A stretch of 64,000 nucleotides of DNA, from sequence record LC819005.1, one strand, 5' to 3'. A program made the position numbers and the translations under genes. Position 1 is the first letter of the stretch, and every line of letters starts with the position of its first letter. The notes under the pieces are model-generated. The model was given only the letters and a program-made list of their open reading frames with translations, was not told where the DNA came from and searched no databases. Positions 45,588-55,656 of the stretch are shown in pieces.

Positions 45588-46198
45588 GCCACCGCCTTCA
45601 CTTCACTGCGTTCGACATAGTTGCCAGCTTCGTCGATCTTGCCTTGCTCGCGCAACGTGTACTCCAACGCCAACCATTCGTTGTAGCTGAGATCGGTGGC
45701 TTCCCACTTGTCCGTGACGTCGCACTGAGTCCAACAATTGGGCACTGACGTTTCGACGAGCTTGAGCATGCCGGGCGTGAACTCAGCATAGTCAATGACT
45801 TGTCGCCACTTGTAGACTTCGGTGTACTCGTAGAGCGTCGTCGACGCTTCACCGATGACTGCAAAGCCACCGAGGTTACGAGCAAACGGACCAACCGGTT
45901 CACCCACTGGCGTGTAAGCACCCTTCAGCAGCGTGTCGGGGTCAGAGATCAGCGAGAACTCGACGAAGATACCAATCGGTGGCACCACGCCTTCAATCGT
46001 ATCTTCCTTCGAGGCCCGCAGGAATTCGAACTCGCCCTTTCCTGCTTTACCCTTGCAGTCGAAGAAACGCTGCGGCGGCATCCGTACGTCAAGACGCTTG
46101 GATTGCTCGCCGTCTTTGTAAGGCTTGAAGATGCGGTGCAGCAAGGTGAGACGTTTGCCTCGGTCTCCCTGATTGAACGATACTGGAAAATCAGCCAT
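45584..46198 (-). CDS. Hypothetical protein
   Basis: 204-aa ORF with AAGGA RBS. Confidence 0.8.
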   Translation of the reverse strand: MADFPVSFNQGDRGKRLTLLHRIFKPYKDGEQSKRLDVRMPPQRFFDCKGKAGKGEFEFLRASKEDTIEGVVPPIGIFVEFSLISDPDTLLKGAYTPVGEPVGPFARNLGGFAVIGEASTTLYEYTEVYKWRQVIDYAEFTPGMLKLVETSVPNCWTQCDVTDKWEATDLSYNEWLALEYTLREQGKIDEAGNYVERSEVKAVA

Positions 46199-46245
46199 GC
46201 TCTTTCCTTTAAGTACGCCGGGGCCGCAACCCCGGCGCTATGCCG

Positions 46246-48111
46246 TTACTTCCAGCTGGTGAGGGTGATCGTGCGCTTGGTGCTGTCCTTCAGCGTCACT
46301 TCGAAAACCATGCCTTGGCGCAGCATTGCGCCGCCGACTGCCTTCTCAGCCGTGATCCCTTCCATCGGAATACGCTTGGAGAGTTCGCACAGAGCACGCG
46401 ACATGCCGAAGTGATCGCTGCGGATCGAGCTACCGAGAATTGCCGTGCCGAATTGACCCAGACCACGCGCAAACTTCGGCGCGAAGCCTTCGATGTGAAT
46501 CAGGTAGTTCGGCTCCGAACCCGGAATGCGGTTCGAGGTCAGGATAGCCGCCACCGGCAGGGCGCGCGTCGGGAACAGAATCGCTTCTTCGCAGATCCAC
46601 CGGCAGAACTCCTGATAGCCAATCGGCTGCGGCGTGTTCAGAATCGATGCGTACGGACCGACTTCCTTATCGAAAGTCAGCAGTTCGTCATGCTCACCTT
46701 CGGTGGCCGCCGTCGTCGCGAAGGCCGCGATTGCGCTGACGTTCAGTTCCGATAAACGGATGCTTTCGTAGTCACCCAGGCTTGCGATGAACGACATGGC
46801 TGACATCGACACGGCGACATTGACACCACCCAGCACCTTGTCCATTGCGGCGTTGGCGCTCAGGTCTTTGTTCTTCTCGACCTTCAGGCCCGAAATGGCT
46901 TGTGCCACCGGATCGAAGTCTGCGGGCGGATCGACCTGGAAGTCAGCTGCCGGCGTGAACGCGTCTTCCGCCGCCCACACCACCGATTGCACTTCATCCA
47001 GACGCATCAGACGACGCCGCATCGTGTTCTTCAGACCGCGTTCTTCCAGGAAGGCGATGGCTTGATCGAAACTGGCTTCCGACGCTTCAGCGGTCTTTTG
47101 CTTGTAGTTCTCGCCAGCCGTAGCTTGAGCGAGCAAGCCCTTGACGTTGCCCAGCACCTTTTCCATGCCGGCCGGATCAGCCTTGCACTCGCGTTCGCCG
47201 TCGAGCACGATGCCCAGGCACGAACCGTTGATGTGCTGCATCCAGCTGTTGCCGCGCTTTTGCATTGTCGACCACAACCACAGCAGGCCGCGACCGGTTT
47301 CCTTGTGCACGCGACGCGTGTCGAGGATCAGCTGCACCAGCGCCTGACCATGCACGAGCGCCGTGTGTTCTTTCTTGCCGATCTTCGCTTCGATGAACGT
47401 GAAGATCTTCGAGAGCAGATCGGTGTTCAGTTCATTCGTGACGAAACGCTGGAACCAGTCCTGCACGTACTTGACGTCGAACATCGGTCGCAGGCTTTCG
47501 TTGTAGCGACGAACCGTGAGCTTGTCCTTCACGCCGAAGAAGTGCGTCCAGCCGCCGATCTCGTGCTCGATCAGCACGTGGCTCAGCGACACGACCGGAG
47601 TGAGCACTGCGCGCGCCGCTTTGCGGGCGCTGAGGCGTTCGTACAGCACGGCGCCCAGCGCATTGCTTTCCGACACTTCTTTCAGCGCATCGACGACTGG
47701 GTAGGTAATTACGCCGTTGTCGTCCATCACCGCAAGACCGGCGATGTTTGCCCACACGTGACGACAGTGCGTGCAGTTGTAATGCTGGTGCGTGGCTTCC
47801 GGCAGCGACTGGTGGAAGTCGTGGAAGTCGACCGGGCCGTAGCTCGTTTCCATCTTGCCGTCGCGCTGGACCACCTGGGCCTTTTCAGCGACGAGGTGCT
47901 TGCCGGTCGTGACTGCTGCTTCGACGCGAGCGCCGACTGCTTCACGCAGCTGCTTGTAGAAGCGATCTGCGTCTTCAAAATCTTCTTTCGTCCGAACGTC
48001 GTCGACTTGCTCGCCGCCAGTCACATCCGCCAACGAGGCGATGTGGTTGAGCTCTTCCTGCTCGGCTTGCTTGTGGTACGCGGTCGTATGGGTGATTTCT
48101 TTATCGGTCAT
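46246..48111 (-). CDS. Large hypothetical protein with HYNCxxC motif
   Basis: 621 aa; HYNCTHCRH suggests a Zn site; strong phage codon bias. Confidence 0.85.
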   Translation of the reverse strand: MTDKEITHTTAYHKQAEQEELNHIASLADVTGGEQVDDVRTKEDFEDADRFYKQLREAVGARVEAAVTTGKHLVAEKAQVVQRDGKMETSYGPVDFHDFHQSLPEATHQHYNCTHCRHVWANIAGLAVMDDNGVITYPVVDALKEVSESNALGAVLYERLSARKAARAVLTPVVSLSHVLIEHEIGGWTHFFGVKDKLTVRRYNESLRPMFDVKYVQDWFQRFVTNELNTDLLSKIFTFIEAKIGKKEHTALVHGQALVQLILDTRRVHKETGRGLLWLWSTMQKRGNSWMQHINGSCLGIVLDGERECKADPAGMEKVLGNVKGLLAQATAGENYKQKTAEASEASFDQAIAFLEERGLKNTMRRRLMRLDEVQSVVWAAEDAFTPAADFQVDPPADFDPVAQAISGLKVEKNKDLSANAAMDKVLGGVNVAVSMSAMSFIASLGDYESIRLSELNVSAIAAFATTAATEGEHDELLTFDKEVGPYASILNTPQPIGYQEFCRWICEEAILFPTRALPVAAILTSNRIPGSEPNYLIHIEGFAPKFARGLGQFGTAILGSSIRSDHFGMSRALCELSKRIPMEGITAEKAVGGAMLRQGMVFEVTLKDSTKRTITLTSWK

Positions 48112-48187
48112 GTTGCACTTTCAACTTCGATAGGTTGATGGGTTTGTCTTACACATCAACTTCGAGGTGGGTTAAAAAGAACTACAA

Positions 48188-48222
48188 CGGCATAAAGGCC
48201 AGGGAGCTGCAGCTCCCTGGCC
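48188..48222 (-). terminator. Hairpin + TTTATGCCG element
   Basis: GGCCAGGGAGC/GCTCCCTGGCC stem. Confidence 0.8.
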
Positions 48223-48249
48223 GTGCCCTGCTAAATAGTGCAGTGCGCT

Positions 48250-48900
48250 TTAGTAAGTGTTCCTAGCCGAGACATAGAGAAGGGTCGTCGACTTTGTCGG
48301 GAGAGACACGACAGAGGAGGCAGCACTAACTGAAGAAGCGGAGGTAATTCCACGAGGATTCTCAAAACGTCCAGCGTCTACCAGCGGATACTCGTTTTGG
48401 AACCGATACAAAAGGTCGGCCTTCCGGGCCAGCTCATGACCTGCACGGGCAAGTGCGATATAGTTTCGCGCGTTACCCGAATAACACTTCAGGGCAGGAT
48501 GAATCTTGCCCTTGGAATCGTCCAGACACTCGGCCAGGACTTGGGTTCCAACTTCAATGTTGGTGTCGATGTTTAATGGACTTCGACCTTTGAGCTTGTC
48601 ACGATGGAACCGAGGGACGATCTGCATCAGTCCGCTGGCACCATAGTGGTTTCGTACATTAGGTCGGAAGCGACTCTCTTGACGCATGACAGCCATGATC
48701 AGGAAAGGATCGATGTTAAACCGTTGAGCATTGGTGAACACCGCCTTCGCGATATGGTTCGCGTCAGACTTTGACACTGCGTGATTCTCGTCCACGATAA
48801 GCTGGGCCATTGCGGCCTGCGTGGGCGACGGATCGGCGTAAGCGATCGCCGATAACAGAAGCACGACGACCGCTAGGGCCGCTGTCTTCAGGACTTTCAT
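48250..48900 (-). CDS. SLT-family lytic transglycosylase with N-terminal signal/anchor
   Basis: MAVMRQESRF (catalytic Glu), GASGLMQI, NIEVGTQVL and ALKCYSG motifs; hydrophobic N-terminus. Confidence 0.9.
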   Translation of the reverse strand: MKVLKTAALAVVVLLLSAIAYADPSPTQAAMAQLIVDENHAVSKSDANHIAKAVFTNAQRFNIDPFLIMAVMRQESRFRPNVRNHYGASGLMQIVPRFHRDKLKGRSPLNIDTNIEVGTQVLAECLDDSKGKIHPALKCYSGNARNYIALARAGHELARKADLLYRFQNEYPLVDAGRFENPRGITSASSVSAASSVVSLPTKSTTLLYVSARNTY

Positions 48901-49079
48901 GTTTTCCCCATGAGTAAGGTTAAGCCGTGTAGGGTCGGTATTTTGACGCTACAGGTTGGGATGGCCTTATGTTGATTGTTGCTTCTGGCCATGCGCTTGT
49001 ATAGGATACTGCCGTACGAACACAAGAATCTGTCCGACGTGTTAATTTCTATCGGTCTCCTACAGGGGTTACTCTAGTA

Positions 49080-49087
49080 GTAATATG
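49080..49087 (-). promoter_or_regulatory. Putative early promoter (CATATTAC)
   Basis: Lies just after a terminator, about 180 nt upstream of the SLT gene. Confidence 0.55.
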
Positions 49088-49336
49088 TGGCCAGGGAATC
49101 GTTCAGTTAGCGCTATCTGACGACGGCATAAGAGCCAGCTCGCGCCGGCTCCTATACCAGATAAGGATCACCTCCTTTAGTTCGTCAACCTCATATCGCT
49201 CTCCTTACACAAAGGCGACACTGATAGCAAAACAATCTTCAAAGCACTAACCGTTTTCATTGCGCTAGTGATTCTCCTGTCTTTTAGAACTGCTGGAGGA
49301 AAGGTTGAGTAGGGGATACTGCTCCTACACAAGATA

Positions 49337-50305
49337 TTACAATTTCTTGACGATCATCAGCTGTCGGACCAGATCCAGTCCAGCAACCAAGTCAAGACGG
49401 AAGCTAGCAGCGTCTGGATGACCCCCTCCACCGAATCGGGTAGCGACAGTTTTCGCATTGACTTTCGAGTTTTCATTCGAACGCAAATTGAACACCACAA
49501 TGTCACGTTTGATACGGAACCCGATCGAGAGGTCCACCTGCTTTTCCTTGCAGATGAAACCACCCAGCTGGGAATGCAGGATGCCCATGCCGTTGTGGAC
49601 GGCATAGCGGCCGAGCGTTTTGGGAACTTTCGGAAGGTACTGAGTGATATCCGGCGTATCGCTCAACAAATCGGGACACGACGGCGCGACCTCTTCCTCG
49701 ATGTCTCCGTACACGAGATTGCCACCGAATACAATCGTGCGCATCGCGCTCTCGTTGCTCTGCTCCAGGATCAGACCGGTCTTGATGGCGTTGTCCATCA
49801 CCGCCGCATCAGTGGCGAGCAGATCCCACTTCTCCCAGTTCTGTTTGACCCGGTCGTAGTGCAGATAGGCTTCGAACGCTGCGGTGTGCTGAAACTTCCA
49901 CGCCCACATATCGAAGTCGTTCACCAGCAAACAGGCGAGGGGTGGCGAACGATCCTGGAAGAAGTATTCCCATGCTAGCAGCGCCCCGGACTTGGTCTTG
50001 TCGAAGAACACGTAAGGTGCGCCTTGCAGACGTTCCTCTGCCGATTCGTGATGGTCGAGTACCTTGAGGAAGCCGATCTTCTCGTAGACCTTATCCAGCG
50101 TCTCACGGTCATACGAGAAGTCGAGGATGTACATCTGGTCATCCTTGGTCAGCGACTCGATGTCCACCGGAAACGCTTGCTGGTACTGGACTTCCTTGAA
50201 CTGCACGTTCTCAAGGCTAACGTCCGGGTTATCCCGGAAGTGACGCCACGCACAATAGCCGGCAAAGCGACCGTCGCTATCGGCGTGATGAAGAATATGG
50301 ATCAT
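49337..50305 (-). CDS. DHH/DHHA1 family phosphoesterase
   Basis: HHADSDG, ILDFS, LDHHES, KSGALLAWEY and GGGGHPDAASF motifs. Confidence 0.92.
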   Translation of the reverse strand: MIHILHHADSDGRFAGYCAWRHFRDNPDVSLENVQFKEVQYQQAFPVDIESLTKDDQMYILDFSYDRETLDKVYEKIGFLKVLDHHESAEERLQGAPYVFFDKTKSGALLAWEYFFQDRSPPLACLLVNDFDMWAWKFQHTAAFEAYLHYDRVKQNWEKWDLLATDAAVMDNAIKTGLILEQSNESAMRTIVFGGNLVYGDIEEEVAPSCPDLLSDTPDITQYLPKVPKTLGRYAVHNGMGILHSQLGGFICKEKQVDLSIGFRIKRDIVVFNLRSNENSKVNAKTVATRFGGGGHPDAASFRLDLVAGLDLVRQLMIVKKL

Positions 50306-50310
50306 TGCGC

Positions 50311-50418
50311 TTACCTGGTGATGTCGAAGTGTTCGTAGCAGTAATTGCTATTCGGCATGGGTTTGTTCTTGCAGCCCTTGTGCATGCAGGGTAGCATGAA
50401 CGTATAGCGCTTGTACAT
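50311..50418 (-). CDS. Small C3H zinc-finger-like peptide (35 aa), not in ORF track
   Basis: MYKRYTFMLPCMHKGCKNKPMPNSNYCYEHFDITR; AAGGA RBS; fills the gap between two genes. Confidence 0.6.
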   Translation of the reverse strand: MYKRYTFMLPCMHKGCKNKPMPNSNYCYEHFDITR

Positions 50419-50435
50419 GAGAGTCCTTTCAATAG

Positions 50436-50771
50436 TTAATGGTAGCCCGCCACAACGCTGGGGATGGCCTTGACGATGGCCGACACGCCTTCCTCACTCA
50501 GCACGGTGATACGGACTTCGTGACAGATACGTTTTTCCAGCTGTTGAATCAGCTGGCGCATCATGCCGATGTCTTCGCCTTTCTTGAATCCACCGAGGCG
50601 CCCAGCGATGATGGGCATCGTCGGGCTTTCGTCCTGGGTAGGGGTGGCTGACCAATGGGGCAGCTGGATGCTGCACAAATGCTGGTCACTGCCGATCAGG
50701 ATTTTCTTGGCACTTTCCAGGCAACGCTCACACTGGATGTATTCGGTACAGAAGGAACCGAGCTTGGACAT
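50436..50771 (-). CDS. Hypothetical protein
   Basis: Probable start MSKLGSFC with GGGGAG RBS. Confidence 0.7.
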   Translation of the reverse strand: MSKLGSFCTEYIQCERCLESAKKILIGSDQHLCSIQLPHWSATPTQDESPTMPIIAGRLGGFKKGEDIGMMRQLIQQLEKRICHEVRITVLSEEGVSAIVKAIPSVVAGYH

Positions 50772-50857
50772 GATGGTCTCCCCGCGAACGGATGCTACAG
50801 TAAATGAAAGGTCGGTAAATAACGGCATAAGCAGAGGGTCGCCCCTCTGCCTACACG

Positions 50858-53212
50858 TTACCAGCTGAACTTCTCCAAACCAAGATTCAGCGGTGCTGCA
50901 GTGTCGGCAGGCTGCTTGTTAGCAGGCTGGTTCACAGCAATACCGCTATCTTCGAGCGAGACCGAGCGCATCTGTCGATAACGACGATGAGTTTCGCTTT
51001 CTTCCCGACCCCAGGGCGTGCCATCTGCAAAGAAGTGCATCGGGTCGAGCCCGAGGCTTTCCCCTGCCATGTGCCCCGGATGCTTCTCCGGCGTGATCGT
51101 CGGTTCACCCGGCGTGGTTTCAGAGACTGAACGCGCCGTCTGCAGATTCATTTCCGTGGTGTTGTTGAGCAACCCCCAGAGTTCAATCCCGTCTTCCGTA
51201 TCCAGCCATTCCAGACCCACACCTGACGTACCAGCCGTACCCAGCATCTGTTCGACCTGGGCTTTCGACCAGGCCATGATGTCGAGCGACCGAGTCGAGA
51301 TGTTCGGCTCTTTGCCGGTATCCAAATACACGTTCCAGATCTGCACGACTTCGGTCTGACCTAGACGATCTACCCGCGAGCAAGCTTGCTCGTATTCGTG
51401 ATCCCGGAACGGAGCGTTCAGGAACACAACGGTATTCGCCATGATCAGAGGCACCGCAGTGGACAACGATTGCAGCGTGGCGACCAACGGGTTAGCGCGA
51501 CTGTCCTTGTCGAACTGACCAACGATCTGCGGGAGTTCGCTGTTGGTCTGTCCGTAGACCTTGAGCGGGGCGCCACCTTCAGCTTTCAGGATGTCTGCCG
51601 CGCGATCCACCACTTCCACGTAGCTCGTGAACACCACGGTCTTCTTCACCGAGTTCTCGATGATCTCAACCAGGTTGGTATCGAACTTCTCGCCCGTTTG
51701 CATGTCGGTCGCGTGATACTGCTTCCACGCATTCAACATGTCGACGTTACACTGCGTGCGACGCTTACCGAGAATCCGCCCCAGTGCTTCGCCCTGCACT
51801 TTCAGCTTCACGTACTTGTAGACCGAACGCGCGTTCTTGAAGTCTTCCTTCAGTTCCTTGGGCAGGACTGGCAGGATCTTGTTCTTCTCGAAGGCGTTAC
51901 AGAAGATCGGCTCTTCCTTGTGGATCATCGGGTCGTAAGCCGTATGCAGCAACTTCGCTGTGCGCACGTATTCGTCGAAGAGCTTGATCTCAGCCGGTGA
52001 CTTGATCGTGCGTTCGTAAGCGCGGAGCCCAGCTTGATACATGGCCACATACTTCTCCATGTTCTGCTTGTAATACTCCAGTCGCTCCTTGACGAACTTG
52101 GACATGTCCTTGCTGATGGCGTCCAGCGTGTAGTCCTGTCCGTTGGGCAGCGTTACGTCGATACGGAACTGCTCCACCGTATTGCCGACGATTTGCTTCT
52201 TGTCAATCAGGAAGGTCATGTAACCCAGGCGGTGCGCCAGGATATCCAGACCACGCGCCGACGACAAACCGAAGATGGCCTTGAAGCGCTCTTCCGCTTC
52301 CTGGTCAAAGTACGGGTCGATCGAGCGCAGGATAGGAATCACTTCCGAACCCATGGCCTTGATCGGCGTGCCCGAGGACCACAACGTGTCTTCACTACGC
52401 ACGAGCTTCACGAGCTTCAGGAACAGCTCGGTGCGCATCGACTTCAGCTCGTTGAGGTTGTGCGACTCGTCGAGAATGATGTTGATCTTCTTGTTGCGGA
52501 AGAACGGATCACTGAAGAACTCCACCATGCGGTCGAGTTGCTCGTAATGCGCGATGTAGTAGCGGCAACCCTTCTTGGGTTCTTCACCCGAAGTCGACTT
52601 CCAGTACGGCTGCTTGGCCTTGAACACCCAGTCGAGCGTATCAGCCCAGACGCGGTCCACTGCGTTCTTCGGCACGATACAGATGGTGATGTCCGTGTTC
52701 AGACACTCGGAGAGTGCAATACCCGTAATGGTCTTGCCCGAGCCCGGCGCAGCACCCAGGATCGCGCCCTTGAGTTGCCAGCGTGGAACCGACTCGTTGT
52801 AGTACGCGAGGAACTCGTTCTGGTGCGGCAGCAGCGTGACCGAGAGACGGTCCAGTGCCGAGAGATCCAGGCGTGCGGAGAACTTGTCCTGAAACGCCGT
52901 CTTCATCCAGATATTAGTTTCCATCTGGTTGAGGATGTCCTGCACGGCCGAGCGATTCACGCGAGCGCGGCGCTCACCCATCAGGCGCTTACAGACGTAG
53001 TAGAAGTCCGGCGCAAAGAACGGGTGCAAGTCCAACTGACGACTTTTGATCTTGCGAAACATATTGGACGAGATCTTTGACGTCTTCCACAGCTTGTCGA
53101 TCTCGTACAGAAAGGGTGGCACTTTCATGCCCAGAATACGGACGGTCTTGGGGTCTTCTTGCTTGACCTCCACGCCCGTGAAGAAACTTGTGATATTGTC
53201 GATGTCGAACAT
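50858..53212 (-). CDS. SF2 (SNF2-like) helicase
   Basis: APGSGKT, ILDESH, SSGTPIK, VVFTSY and QACSRVDRLGQ motifs; start reassigned to MFDIDNI. Confidence 0.92.
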   Translation of the reverse strand: MFDIDNITSFFTGVEVKQEDPKTVRILGMKVPPFLYEIDKLWKTSKISSNMFRKIKSRQLDLHPFFAPDFYYVCKRLMGERRARVNRSAVQDILNQMETNIWMKTAFQDKFSARLDLSALDRLSVTLLPHQNEFLAYYNESVPRWQLKGAILGAAPGSGKTITGIALSECLNTDITICIVPKNAVDRVWADTLDWVFKAKQPYWKSTSGEEPKKGCRYYIAHYEQLDRMVEFFSDPFFRNKKINIILDESHNLNELKSMRTELFLKLVKLVRSEDTLWSSGTPIKAMGSEVIPILRSIDPYFDQEAEERFKAIFGLSSARGLDILAHRLGYMTFLIDKKQIVGNTVEQFRIDVTLPNGQDYTLDAISKDMSKFVKERLEYYKQNMEKYVAMYQAGLRAYERTIKSPAEIKLFDEYVRTAKLLHTAYDPMIHKEEPIFCNAFEKNKILPVLPKELKEDFKNARSVYKYVKLKVQGEALGRILGKRRTQCNVDMLNAWKQYHATDMQTGEKFDTNLVEIIENSVKKTVVFTSYVEVVDRAADILKAEGGAPLKVYGQTNSELPQIVGQFDKDSRANPLVATLQSLSTAVPLIMANTVVFLNAPFRDHEYEQACSRVDRLGQTEVVQIWNVYLDTGKEPNISTRSLDIMAWSKAQVEQMLGTAGTSGVGLEWLDTEDGIELWGLLNNTTEMNLQTARSVSETTPGEPTITPEKHPGHMAGESLGLDPMHFFADGTPWGREESETHRRYRQMRSVSLEDSGIAVNQPANKQPADTAAPLNLGLEKFSW

Positions 53213-53264
53213 GGTGCGCTCGGGGAGGAATATTTGTTCAAAAGATTGAGCGGCACTATGACGA

Positions 53265-53317
53265 CAAAAAAATAAAGAAGACGGCATAAGAGCCAGCACC
53301 CGAAGGCACTGGCTCTC
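53265..53317 (-). terminator. Hairpin + TTATGCCG + T-tract
   Basis: GAGAGCCAGTGCC-TTCG-GGTGCTGGCTCT then TATGCCGTCTTCTTTATTTTTTTG. Confidence 0.85.
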
Positions 53318-53326
53318 AATCAACAA

Positions 53327-54277
53327 TTACTCGATACGACCAGCTAACACTGCGGCTTGACGACGACCAGACGGATCAGGCATTTTGAACCCGTGATTGG
53401 TTCGCACGCCATCGCTGTCTGCGTAGACTTTCATCTCGGAGAAGAAGTCCTGCAGACGCGCAGTCGACTCCGTTTCCATCGCCGTGAGCCAAGACACAAT
53501 ACCTGGCTTGTGCTTGCCGCTTTGCGCGCGCTCTGCCTGTTTGCTCGACAACGAGGTCACATATGTCGCAGTGATCTCATCGACCGACGCCAGCATCGCG
53601 TCCATCAACTCGATCCAGCATCGCGTGCCTTGACGAAGATCACCGGTTTCACGCAGGTAATCCGACAGACGGAAGTTCTTGACGTGACGCAGATGCTCGG
53701 TCACACCCTGACGGATAGCAACCACTGCGATCGAACCACCGATGTCCACGATCGACTTGTTCGTGATAGCGTAGTAGAACTCCGCCGTCCCGAACGGACC
53801 ACCAGTGATGCGATACAACGAAAGCTCCAACGCTGGTTCGATGAACTTCGGCTTCCGAGCAGCTTCTCTCCGTGCTGCGTAGAACGCTCCGCAACCTTCT
53901 GCGAGCGCCGACAGCTTTTCCATGAACAGATCGTAGTTCTTGGCGTAGACGGTATCCGCGATCGCAAAGAACTCTTCAGTGGACAGGAACTGGAGATCCT
54001 CATCGGCGACGAACATTTCATAATCGTTCGCCACGCGAATCTGGTCGGTGATGCCCTGCAGGATAGAAGCAGCTGTGCTGTCCATGGCGGCCTCTTCCTT
54101 CGACGACATGTCGCTGTCCTTTTTCAACTCGGCCTTGAACTTGCGGTCGATATCATTGACCACCGCACGCATGCGTCGTTTTGCATCAGCACCTTCAGCA
54201 CGCACGGTCTTGAAACCCGGCACACCGAAAATCGAGAACGACATAACGACAACGCGATTGTTGATTGCTTCAGACAT
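53327..54277 (-). CDS. Hypothetical helical protein
   Basis: Probable start MSEAINN with GGAGG RBS; 316 aa. Confidence 0.8.
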   Translation of the reverse strand: MSEAINNRVVVMSFSIFGVPGFKTVRAEGADAKRRMRAVVNDIDRKFKAELKKDSDMSSKEEAAMDSTAASILQGITDQIRVANDYEMFVADEDLQFLSTEEFFAIADTVYAKNYDLFMEKLSALAEGCGAFYAARREAARKPKFIEPALELSLYRITGGPFGTAEFYYAITNKSIVDIGGSIAVVAIRQGVTEHLRHVKNFRLSDYLRETGDLRQGTRCWIELMDAMLASVDEITATYVTSLSSKQAERAQSGKHKPGIVSWLTAMETESTARLQDFFSEMKVYADSDGVRTNHGFKMPDPSGRRQAAVLAGRIE

Positions 54278-54364
54278 GATAACCCCTCCATGGGTCGATA
54301 GTTGCAGGCATCCATACCTGCATACAAAAAGGTGTCTGGGTAAAATCTTGAAGAAAAACAAAGA

Positions 54365-54400
54365 GACGGCATAAAAGCGAGGAGACCGAAGTCTCCTCGC
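54365..54400 (-). terminator. Hairpin + TTTTATGCCG element
   Basis: GCGAGGAGAC-TTCG-GTCTCCTCGC. Confidence 0.85.
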
Positions 54401-54406
54401 CTAGGC

Positions 54407-54721
54407 TTATGCCTGTGGGAACAGTGCGCGCATGCAACGCAGGAATACCTTTTGCCCCATATTCGGGTTGGTGCATTCCTTCATCATGTTGCCAGCCAGT
54501 CCCTTGGCTGCATTGGTTTCACCGAACTGGTCCTTCGCAAACGCTTCGTAGCGTTCACGCATGACTTGCTCAGTAATCCCACACGCTTGCAGGGTGTTCA
54601 CAAACACCCGCGCGTACACCGTCTGTCCTTCTGGGTCTGCGTTATGCAGATCGTTCAGCAATTCGCTGAAGTGAAGGGCAGCTTGGTACGAAGCATCACC
54701 AACAGCTTTGGAGAGCTCCAT
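54407..54721 (-). CDS. Hypothetical protein
   Basis: 104 aa with AAGGAG RBS. Confidence 0.8.
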   Translation of the reverse strand: MELSKAVGDASYQAALHFSELLNDLHNADPEGQTVYARVFVNTLQACGITEQVMRERYEAFAKDQFGETNAAKGLAGNMMKECTNPNMGQKVFLRCMRALFPQA

Positions 54722-54731
54722 GCCTGACTCC

Positions 54732-55073
54732 TTACGAAGCCTTGCGAACCATTGCCGCGAGTTGCGTCGTGAGGATATACCACTTCACGAACTTGCGGGC
54801 GTCGGCCGCCGTCTTGATGGACAGGTACGCGCTCTTCGCGTGGCTGTAGGTACTGTTGACGACCTTGCCTTCGACCTTGTCGGTCAGGTAGACAGTGTAG
54901 CGGTCGCCGACCCATTCCAGACGCACACGGCCGATGTACTTGCGGTCGCCGAAGTTGATTTCGATGACATTGTCGTCATCCAACTGACGCACGCGCACGA
55001 CGCCATCGATGTCGAGGTGGCCACGAAGAGTGACGATAGCTTTGACGATTGCGTTTTTGCTGTTCGTTGCCAT
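54732..55073 (-). CDS. Hypothetical protein
   Basis: 113 aa; upstream CATATTAC. Confidence 0.8.
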   Translation of the reverse strand: MATNSKNAIVKAIVTLRGHLDIDGVVRVRQLDDDNVIEINFGDRKYIGRVRLEWVGDRYTVYLTDKVEGKVVNSTYSHAKSAYLSIKTAADARKFVKWYILTTQLAAMVRKAS

Positions 55074-55129
55074 AGCTTATTACTTCCTTTTTTGGGTTAG
55101 GATGAGATACTGGATTGTACCTCATCTAA

Positions 55130-55137
55130 GTAATATG
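55130..55137 (-). promoter_or_regulatory. Putative early promoter (CATATTAC)
   Basis: Recurrent motif, 57 nt upstream of the 55073 start. Confidence 0.55.
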
Positions 55138-55160
55138 CTGTTGATTAATTTTGGAATCGA

Positions 55161-55574
55161 TCAGGCTTTCTTACCACGGCTGCGACAGAATTCACGGAAC
55201 TCCTGCTGGAAGCGAGGACTGGCGTAACACCAACCCCATGGATAAGCAGTATTCACTTCCCGCTTGAGAATCTTGGGTGCCTTGAGTTTCTCGAATGCTT
55301 GTGCGTCTTCTTCAATGGCTTTGGAGACAGCTGACATCGGCGTAGCAACCGCCCGTGCCTGTTGTTGCTTTTCCAGCTGCTCAGCGAAGATCTTGCGGAT
55401 CGTAAAGACCGTACCGTTCCAGTAAGCGTCACGCATGGCCTTACGGATACGTTCCTGTACCGGTTCATCTAACCACATCATCATTTCCGGCGGGAAATAC
55501 TCAGCGATCATCTTTTCGACCGCTTCGTTAAAGTCGTGTTCCAGCTTAACTTCGTCTTCGTTCGGCGTACTCAT
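55161..55574 (-). CDS. Hypothetical protein
   Basis: Probable start MSTPNEDE with GAGGA RBS. Confidence 0.75.
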   Translation of the reverse strand: MSTPNEDEVKLEHDFNEAVEKMIAEYFPPEMMMWLDEPVQERIRKAMRDAYWNGTVFTIRKIFAEQLEKQQQARAVATPMSAVSKAIEEDAQAFEKLKAPKILKREVNTAYPWGWCYASPRFQQEFREFCRSRGKKA

Positions 55575-55656
55575 TACTGTTTCCTCGGACGGATATAAAG
55601 TATCTTGTGTGTCAGGATAACCTGACCGTTTCAACCCACATTAGAAGGGTGCGGGA

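Noticed and set aside
49150-49330. Possible 27-aa ORF (MKTVSALKIVLL...) downstream of the DHH gene
   Set aside because: Too short, with no supporting motif; cannot be distinguished from chance.
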